Below, in pieces: positions 58,701 through 64,000 of a stretch of DNA of 64,000 nucleotides (the first letter of the stretch is position 1; each line of letters opens with the position of its first letter). Made by a program: the position numbers and the translations under genes. The notes below the pieces were generated by a model. That model did no database searches. It saw nothing but the letters and a program-made list of their open reading frames with translations, and was not told where the DNA came from. Source of the stretch: Prevotella sp. (GTDB lineage: Bacteria > Bacteroidota > Bacteroidia > Bacteroidales > Bacteroidaceae); the NCBI GenBank assembly GCA_024697405.1, contig JAILFU010000193.1, positions 11,147 to 75,146 of the forward strand. Reading direction: 5' to 3'.

Positions 58701-59125
58701 TCATGGGTGGCTTCGAGGTGATGAACGAGCTGCTCAGTCTCCCGCTGAAACCTTCCCAAGGAGGGGAACAGCTTGAATCCTTCAAGCCCGTCTGGCTCGA
58801 CCATGCCCTGCGCTACAAGCCGATGGCCCTCAGCGTCAGCCGTAACCGCTTCCCCGTCCGCCGCCTGCTGGCATACGCCGCCTGGCAGACACGCTCCCCA
58901 CAGCTGGCTGCCGAGGCTTGGGCCGACCTCTGGGGGCGCATCGAGCACAACGCCGCACCGCAGTTCCACATCGACCGCCTCACGCCTCCACTCGTGCCCT
59001 CCCCCATCGACGAATGGCTCGGCCTGACCACCAACGATGCCGCAATGTGGAGCCTCGACGCCATCTATATGCTGGAGACGCTGCCCGGCACCAACCGTCA
59101 AGCAGAGACAAAAACAACAGAGTAG
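55772..59125 (+). CDS. PL26/YetA-like exo-rhamnogalacturonan lyase fused to an N-terminal YesU/DUF6250-like domain
   Basis: SDMNCFWMA, YYLGYGGNYNTTTRFRRY; WPDGSVKW, WYGFWDYGD, AWDNTE, GSRHNVSHWG. Confidence 0.8.
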   Translation: MALRASSLILMLIAVTGNVTARTTARGNVTTRTEPSGLSEQLFSKYWRVESESAEYKVSFRGDTCELLAPKGLTLWRKEKMQADCAVEYDVQVVVESPSFSGEEKKAPDRLSDMNCFWMASDPEAKDLWKRLPWRSGIFARCYTLQMYYLGYGGNYNTTTRFRRYTGDALGVDSASHRPPILIEYTDPAHLLRPDHWYHIRLQTAEGRTQMWVDGERIVDYLDPEPLTEGWFGFRTTLSRTRITNFRCYQLERPSIKSGIPLHWVGEAPSVPQPVSFGIPFAPGELWEVSNTEKVDTWVNALWPDGSVKWAGVATVASPSDDLLIRMDVKKSKEQNAMDVRLTDTQLQVSTGRLQAYLPRQGRNIIDSLVLDGVRVCGQAWLVAAMGNSSLVSQVDSIVLERSGNVSAVVKVEGHHKTGEGRLCLPFVLRLYFWKDSEQVKLVHTFIYDGDPQRDAITSLGIRFDVPMRQEPYNRHIAFSTDDGGVWAEPVQPVDGRRPLTIREAQRRQMEGHSLPPYNDLNPMDRQLIDSWAAWDGFRLSQLTDNSFSIRKRAVSPASTSSPAGDIANATPWIGTFTGRRAPGYVFAGDTHGGLAVHMQDFWQSYPSTIQIDHARSDEAELTMYMWSPEAEPMNLCHYDTIAHGLMASYEDVQEGLSTPYGIGRTTTLWLYPQPGYPGKKSFSEQALLFDASPRLLPTPEYLHQKRAFGIWSLPAAAGASGSTLQSSLAEQRLAQYLDFYLKAIEQHKWYGFWDYGDLMHAYDPVRHEWRYDVGGFAWDNTELATPMWLWYSFLRTGRADVWRMAEAMTRHNSEVDTYHLGPLAPLGSRHNVSHWGCGAKEARISQSAFLRFYYYLTGGDGRTGDVMHQQTDADTLLYHLDPMRLAEPRSQFPTTAPARLRLGPDWLAYAGNWLTEWERTGNTFYRDKILAGLESIAQLRHGFFTGNKALGYDPATGRISYEGPADRQNTNHLATIMGGFEVMNELLSLPLKPSQGGEQLESFKPVWLDHALRYKPMALSVSRNRFPVRRLLAYAAWQTRSPQLAAEAWADLWGRIEHNAAPQFHIDRLTPPLVPSPIDEWLGLTTNDAAMWSLDAIYMLETLPGTNRQAETKTTE

Positions 59126-59202
59126 AAACATTTCTGCCATTTCATTTGGTAGTTACGTTTTTTATGAGTAAATTTGCAAACGGAATCAGAACCTTATTTT
59201 CT

Positions 59203-59919
59203 ATGAAATACGTTGCACTGCACTCTCCAGCCAAAGCAGGACGGCGATTGTCGTTCTATTTGGCTATGGAGGAATGGGTGGCCCGCCATCTGGACGGAGA
59301 CGACTATTTCTTCCTGTGGCAGGTGGAGCCGAGCGTCATCTTCGGTCGCAACCAGCTGTTGGAGAACGAGGTGAACGTGGCCTACTGCCGGGAGCACGGC
59401 ATTCAGATGTTCCGCCGAAAGAGCGGGGGCGGCTGCGTCTATGCCGACCAGGGAAACATCATGCTGTCGTATATTACCAAGGAGGAAAACACCAGCCTGG
59501 CCTTCTACACATTCATCAACATGATTCTGCTGGTGCTTCACAAGATGGGCATCACGGCCACCAGCACCAGCCACAACGACGTGCTCGTCGACGGGAAGAA
59601 AGTGAGTGGCACGGCCTGTCATCTGGTGGCAGGACACAGCATCGTGCACAGCACCCTGCTCTACGACACCAACATGGAGCACATGCTGAATGCCATCACG
59701 CCCGGCCCTGAGAAGCTGCAGGCGAAAGGCATCCAGAGCGTGCGCCAGCGCATCACCCTGCTGAAAGACTATCTCCCCCTGTCGCAGGAAATGCTGAAGG
59801 CGGGCATCAAGGCCACCCTCTGCACAGGCGAGCACCAGCTGACCGCTGACGATGAGGCCGCTATCGAACAGCTGGAACAAGACTATCTGGACAAGGATTT
59901 TATCAACCTATATAAATAA
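59203..59919 (+). CDS. lplA: Lipoate-protein ligase (catalytic domain only)
   Basis: IFGRNQ, RRKSGGGCVYAD, NDVLVDGKKVSG. Confidence 0.88.
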   Translation: MKYVALHSPAKAGRRLSFYLAMEEWVARHLDGDDYFFLWQVEPSVIFGRNQLLENEVNVAYCREHGIQMFRRKSGGGCVYADQGNIMLSYITKEENTSLAFYTFINMILLVLHKMGITATSTSHNDVLVDGKKVSGTACHLVAGHSIVHSTLLYDTNMEHMLNAITPGPEKLQAKGIQSVRQRITLLKDYLPLSQEMLKAGIKATLCTGEHQLTADDEAAIEQLEQDYLDKDFINLYK

Positions 59920-59920
59920 T

Positions 59921-61009
59921 ATGGAAAACAAACGGACATGTCTTTACGACAAACACGTGGCGCTGGGCGCACTGATGTCGCCCTTCGCAGGCTTTGAAAT
60001 GCCCATCCAGTACAGCAACATCACCGACGAGCACCAGGCCGTACGCACGGCCTGCGGTGTCTTCGATGTCTCGCACATGGGCGAGGTCACCGTCAAGGGC
60101 AAGGATGCCGAGCGCTATGTGCAGCACATCTTCACCAACGATGTCAGCGGCGCTCCCACGGGGAAAATCTTCTACGGCATGATGTGCTACGAGAACGGCG
60201 GCACCGTCGACGACCTGCTGGTCTACAAGATGGGCGAGCAGAACTTCTTCCTCGTCATCAACGCCGCCAACATCGACAAAGACTGGGCATGGATGCAGCA
60301 GCAGGCCGAGGGTTTCGACATCGACCTGCAGAACGTGTCCGACCACTACGGTCAGCTGGCCGTACAAGGCCCTGCGGCCGAAAGCGTCGTAGAGGAAGTG
60401 CTCGCTCTGCCCTGCAAAGAACTGAAATTCTACGAGACCAAGACCCTTGAGGCTGAAGCTGTCATCATCTCCCGCACGGGCTATACCGGAGAGGACGGCT
60501 TCGAAATCTACGCTGCTCCCCAATACATCAACGCGTGCTGGGACAAGCTTTTGGCCAGCGGACGCTGCAAGCCCTGCGGACTGGGCTGTCGCGACACGCT
60601 GCGTTTCGAGGTGGGCCTGCCGCTCTACGGCGACGAGCTGAGCGCAGACATCTCGCCCGTCATGGCCGGCCTCTCCATGTTCGTGAAGTTCGACAAGCCG
60701 GAGTTCATCGGCCGCGAGGCGCTGCTGAAGCAGAAGACGGAAGGAGTGGCCAGGAGGCTCGTGGGCATTGAGCTGGCCGACAAGGCCATCCCCCGCCACG
60801 GCTACACTGTCCTGTCGCCCGACGGACAGCCCATCGGCGAAGTGACCACCGGCTACCACGCCATCTCCGTGGACAAGAGCGTTTGCATGGCCCTCGTCGA
60901 CACGGCCTATGCCAAGCTGGGCACCGACGTGCAGATACAAATCCGCAAGAAAGTGTTCCCCGGCAAGGTCTGCAAGAAACAGTTTTTCAGCAAGAGCTAC
61001 AAACATTAG
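59921..61009 (+). CDS. gcvT: Glycine cleavage system T protein
   Basis: FDVSHMGE, SRTGYTGEDGFE, GLGCRDTLRFE. Confidence 0.96.
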   Translation: MENKRTCLYDKHVALGALMSPFAGFEMPIQYSNITDEHQAVRTACGVFDVSHMGEVTVKGKDAERYVQHIFTNDVSGAPTGKIFYGMMCYENGGTVDDLLVYKMGEQNFFLVINAANIDKDWAWMQQQAEGFDIDLQNVSDHYGQLAVQGPAAESVVEEVLALPCKELKFYETKTLEAEAVIISRTGYTGEDGFEIYAAPQYINACWDKLLASGRCKPCGLGCRDTLRFEVGLPLYGDELSADISPVMAGLSMFVKFDKPEFIGREALLKQKTEGVARRLVGIELADKAIPRHGYTVLSPDGQPIGEVTTGYHAISVDKSVCMALVDTAYAKLGTDVQIQIRKKVFPGKVCKKQFFSKSYKH

Positions 61010-61128
61010 TCCCCTGAGCCAGGGGACTAGGGGTCTGAACAGGCGCAGACTCCTCTATTACTAACAATAAAAAGGGGCTGATAATCGCTTGTTCAGACCC
61101 AGCCCTCCTGACTCAGGGGGAACAGACT

Positions 61129-61509
61129 ATGGCAAAAGTAATTGAAGGACTCTATTACAGCGAGTCGCATGAGTATGTGAGAGTGGAAGGTGACATGGCC
61201 TATATCGGCATCACCGATTATGCCCAGCACGCACTGGGTAACGTGGTTTACGTCGACCTGCCCGAGGTGGACGACGAGGTGGAGGCCGGCGAGGAGTTCG
61301 GCGCCGTGGAGAGCGTGAAGGCAGCCAGCGACATCATCGCGCCCGTCAGCGGCACCATCGTCGAGGTGAACGAGGCTCTGGAAGACAAGCCCGAACTGCT
61401 GAACGAGGATGCCTACGAGAACTGGATCATCAAGGTGGAGCTGAGCGACAAGGGCGAGCTGGATGCCCTGATGGATGCCGCCGCCTACACCGAGTTTACT
61501 TCGAAATAA
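61129..61509 (+). CDS. gcvH: Glycine cleavage system H protein
   Basis: GITDYAQHALG, VESVKAASD. Confidence 0.97.
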   Translation: MAKVIEGLYYSESHEYVRVEGDMAYIGITDYAQHALGNVVYVDLPEVDDEVEAGEEFGAVESVKAASDIIAPVSGTIVEVNEALEDKPELLNEDAYENWIIKVELSDKGELDALMDAAAYTEFTSK

Positions 61510-61568
61510 GCCCGTCCCGCCCCCTCCCCAAGGAGGGGCCTTGACGGCTTTACAAAAGAACAGATACA

Positions 61569-63011
61569 ATGGAACAACTAACTAATCACCCCTCCCTTGG
61601 GGAGGGGAAGGGGGTGGGCTCTCCCTCCCTTGATGAAGGTCAGGGGATAGGCTCTCCCTCCCTTGCGGAGGGGCAGGGGGCAGGCTTTAAGTATTTCCCC
61701 CATACCGGGGCCGACCTGCAGGCGATGATGAATGTCATCGGCATCAAGAGCCTCGACGAGCTGTATGCGGAGGTGCCTGAGCAGATACGCTTCCGTGGCG
61801 ACTACCAGCTGCCGTCGGAGATGAGCGAGCTGGAGGTGCGGCAGCTGTTTGAGCAGCTGGGCTCGCAGAACCGCCAGCTGACGTGCTTTGCCGGTGCCGG
61901 CGTCTACGACCACTACACACCGTCGGTCATTCCGCAGCTGCTCTCGCGCTCCGAGTTCCTCACCAGCTACACGCCCTACCAGGCCGAAATCTCGCAGGGC
62001 ACGCTGCACTACATCTTCGAGTACCAGAGCATGATGGCCGAACTGACAGGCATGGACATCTCCAACGCCTCCATGTACGACGGCACCACCGCCTCGGCCG
62101 AAGCCATGATGATGGCCGTGGCCGCCGGCAAGAAGCAGAAGCGCTTCCTCGTCTCGGAGACCGTCGACCCGAAGACCGTGGCGGTGATGAAGACCTACGC
62201 CCACTTCCACGGCATAGAACTGGAAATGATTCCCGCCAAGGACGGCGTCACCGACCTCTCGCAGCTCAGCGCGCTCCTCTCACCCCAAAACGGGGTGGCC
62301 GGAGTGATGGTGCAGCAGCCCAACTTCTTCGGCATCGTCGAGGACTACACAGGCTTCGCCGACCTCTGCCACAACGCCAAGGCCCTGTTCGTCATGAACA
62401 GCATCATTGCCGACCTCGCCGTGCTGAAGACTCCCGGCGAGTGGGGGGCCGACATTGCCGTGGGCGACGGCCAGAGCCTGGGCATACCCATGCAGTGGGG
62501 CGGGCCCTACGTGGGCTATATGTGCTGCACGGAGAAGCTCATCCGCAAGATGCCCGGCCGCATCGTCGGCAAGACAGTGGACAGCCGTGGCCAGCGCGCA
62601 TTCGTGCTCACCCTGCAGGCCCGCGAGCAGCACATCCGCCGGCAGAAGGCCACGTCGAACATCTGCTCGAACCAGTCGCTGATGGCACTCTTTGCCACCG
62701 TCTACTGCTCGCTCATGGGCAGACAGGGACTGAAGGAGGCTGCCGAGCTAAGCTATGCCGGCGCCCACTATCTCTGCGACCGGCTTCTCGGCACCGGACA
62801 TTTCACGCTCGTCTACGACCAGCCGTTCTTCAACGAGTTTGTCGTGCGCTATAACGGCGATGCCGACGCCCTGCAACAGCGCCTCCTCGACAACGGCATC
62901 TTCGGAGGCATCCGCCTGGCCGACGACCAGCTCATGTTTGCCGTCACCGAGAAACGTACCAAGGAAGAAATCGACACACTTCTTAGCCTCCTAACAAAGG
63001 AATCAAAATAG
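61569..63011 (+). CDS. gcvPA: Glycine dehydrogenase subunit 1
   Basis: YTPYQAEISQG, NASMYDG, REQHIRRQKATSNICSNQ. Confidence 0.96.
   Translation: MEQLTNHPSLGEGKGVGSPSLDEGQGIGSPSLAEGQGAGFKYFPHTGADLQAMMNVIGIKSLDELYAEVPEQIRFRGDYQLPSEMSELEVRQLFEQLGSQNRQLTCFAGAGVYDHYTPSVIPQLLSRSEFLTSYTPYQAEISQGTLHYIFEYQSMMAELTGMDISNASMYDGTTASAEAMMMAVAAGKKQKRFLVSETVDPKTVAVMKTYAHFHGIELEMIPAKDGVTDLSQLSALLSPQNGVAGVMVQQPNFFGIVEDYTGFADLCHNAKALFVMNSIIADLAVLKTPGEWGADIAVGDGQSLGIPMQWGGPYVGYMCCTEKLIRKMPGRIVGKTVDSRGQRAFVLTLQAREQHIRRQKATSNICSNQSLMALFATVYCSLMGRQGLKEAAELSYAGAHYLCDRLLGTGHFTLVYDQPFFNEFVVRYNGDADALQQRLLDNGIFGGIRLADDQLMFAVTEKRTKEEIDTLLSLLTKESK
61590..61688 (+). repeat. 3 x 33-bp palindromic repeat in frame in the gcvPA 5' end
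   Basis: CCCTCCCTTG..GAGGGG.AGGGG...GGCT units encoding PSLxEGxGxGS. Confidence 0.9.
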
Positions 63012-63015
63012 CACT

Positions 63016-64000
63016 ATGAACAACAGACTATACGGAAACCTGATATTCGAGCTGTCGCAGCCGGGCCGCAAGGGCTACTCCCTGCCGAAGAACCGCTTCG
63101 GCGACTACCATGTGCCACAGGAGCTGCGCCGCCAGGAGGACGCCGCACTGCCCGAATGCGACGAGATGACCGTGGTTCGCCACTATACGAATCTTTCGGC
63201 CAATAACTTCGGCGTGGACAACGGATTCTATCCGCTCGGCTCCTGCACGATGAAGTACAACCCGAAGCTCAACGAGGAGATGGCCGCACTGCCGCAGTTT
63301 GCCAACCTCCACCCGCTGCAGCCCGCCGAAACGACGAAAGGCGCCGAGGCCGTCTGCACGCTGCTCTGCCGTGCCCTCTGCGAGCTCACCGGCCTGCATG
63401 CCTTCACGCTGAAGCCCTTCGCCGGTGCCCACGGCGAGCTGACCGGCCTCATGGTCATCAAGCGCTACCACGAGAGCCGTAGCGACGACAAGCGGCGCCT
63501 CGTCATCGTGCCCGACTCCGCCCACGGCACCAACCCCGCCTCGGCTGCTGTCTGCGGGCTGGACATCGTGGAGGTGAAATCGCTCAGCGACGGCACCGTC
63601 GACCTCGAGTCCCTGCAGACCCTGCTCAGCCAACAGGGAGAAAACATTGCCGCCATGATGATGACCAACCCCAACACGCTGGGACTCTTCGAGCGACAGA
63701 TACCTGCCATCGAAAAGCTGGTACACGACTGCGGCGGCCTGATGTATTACGACGGGGCCAACCTCAACCCCATGCTGGGCGCCTGCCGTCCGGGCGACAT
63801 GGGGTTCGACGTGATGCACATCAACCTGCACAAGACCTTCTCAACGCCTCATGGCGGCGGAGGCCCCGGTGCCGGACCCGTCGGCGTGCGCGAAGGGCTG
63901 GAGCAGTTCTTCCCCGAAGTGTCGCCCTATCACGGCAACTTCGCCGTGGCCATCCGCGCCTACGCCTACATCCTCTCGCTGGGACGTGAGCACATCAAGG
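63016..64000 (+). CDS. gcvPB: Glycine dehydrogenase subunit 2 (truncated by window end)
   Basis: Manual translation: MNNRLYGNLIFELS, YPLGSCTMKYNP, SAHGTNPAS, HINLHKTFSTPHGGGGPG. Confidence 0.95.
   Translation, partial: MNNRLYGNLIFELSQPGRKGYSLPKNRFGDYHVPQELRRQEDAALPECDEMTVVRHYTNLSANNFGVDNGFYPLGSCTMKYNPKLNEEMAALPQFANLHPLQPAETTKGAEAVCTLLCRALCELTGLHAFTLKPFAGAHGELTGLMVIKRYHESRSDDKRRLVIVPDSAHGTNPASAAVCGLDIVEVKSLSDGTVDLESLQTLLSQQGENIAAMMMTNPNTLGLFERQIPAIEKLVHDCGGLMYYDGANLNPMLGACRPGDMGFDVMHINLHKTFSTPHGGGGPGAGPVGVREGLEQFFPEVSPYHGNFAVAIRAYAYILSLGREHIK

Noticed and set aside
59126-59202. Glycine riboswitch ahead of the gcv operon
   Set aside because: The region is short and AT-rich with no aptamer motifs.

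Overview
64 kb of a Bacteroidota chromosome, most like Prevotella: GC-rich coding regions, TAnnTTTG -7 promoter boxes and T9SS-type C-terminal tails. The left end is a lower-GC Type III restriction-modification pair; res is truncated by the window edge. The rest is core and accessory genes. These include two ECF sigma/anti-sigma/outer-membrane modules, cutC, pyrK-pyrD, queC, GH109 with a sugar kinase, bcp, argE, a CE1 esterase, a fasciclin locus, an RND efflux operon with a divergent lpxA paralog, an AAA-PD-(D/E)XK protein, an acyl-CoA ligase, GH9, GH97, GH105, PL26 and lplA-gcvT-gcvH-gcvPA-gcvPB (truncated). No rRNA, tRNA, CRISPR array or transposase was seen. The unusual content is mostly non-coding or very small. 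(1) Two copies of a ~420-470 bp gene-less element have long inverted arms around a 21-bp tandem array. (2) A membrane-anchored beta-propeller/LytTR regulator faces a BspA-like surface protein and an unannotated 42-aa YxxP peptide, with direct repeats in the shared promoter. (3) Three copies of a GGCAA(T/C)G-ended MITE (one with a perfect 8-bp TSD) carry different central hairpins. (4) Palindromic repeat pairs straddle the start codons of tolC and gcvPA and contribute to their N-termini. (5) A 33-36 bp element is inserted in frame in two neighbouring genes. All assignments come from reading motifs by eye; no database searches were run.
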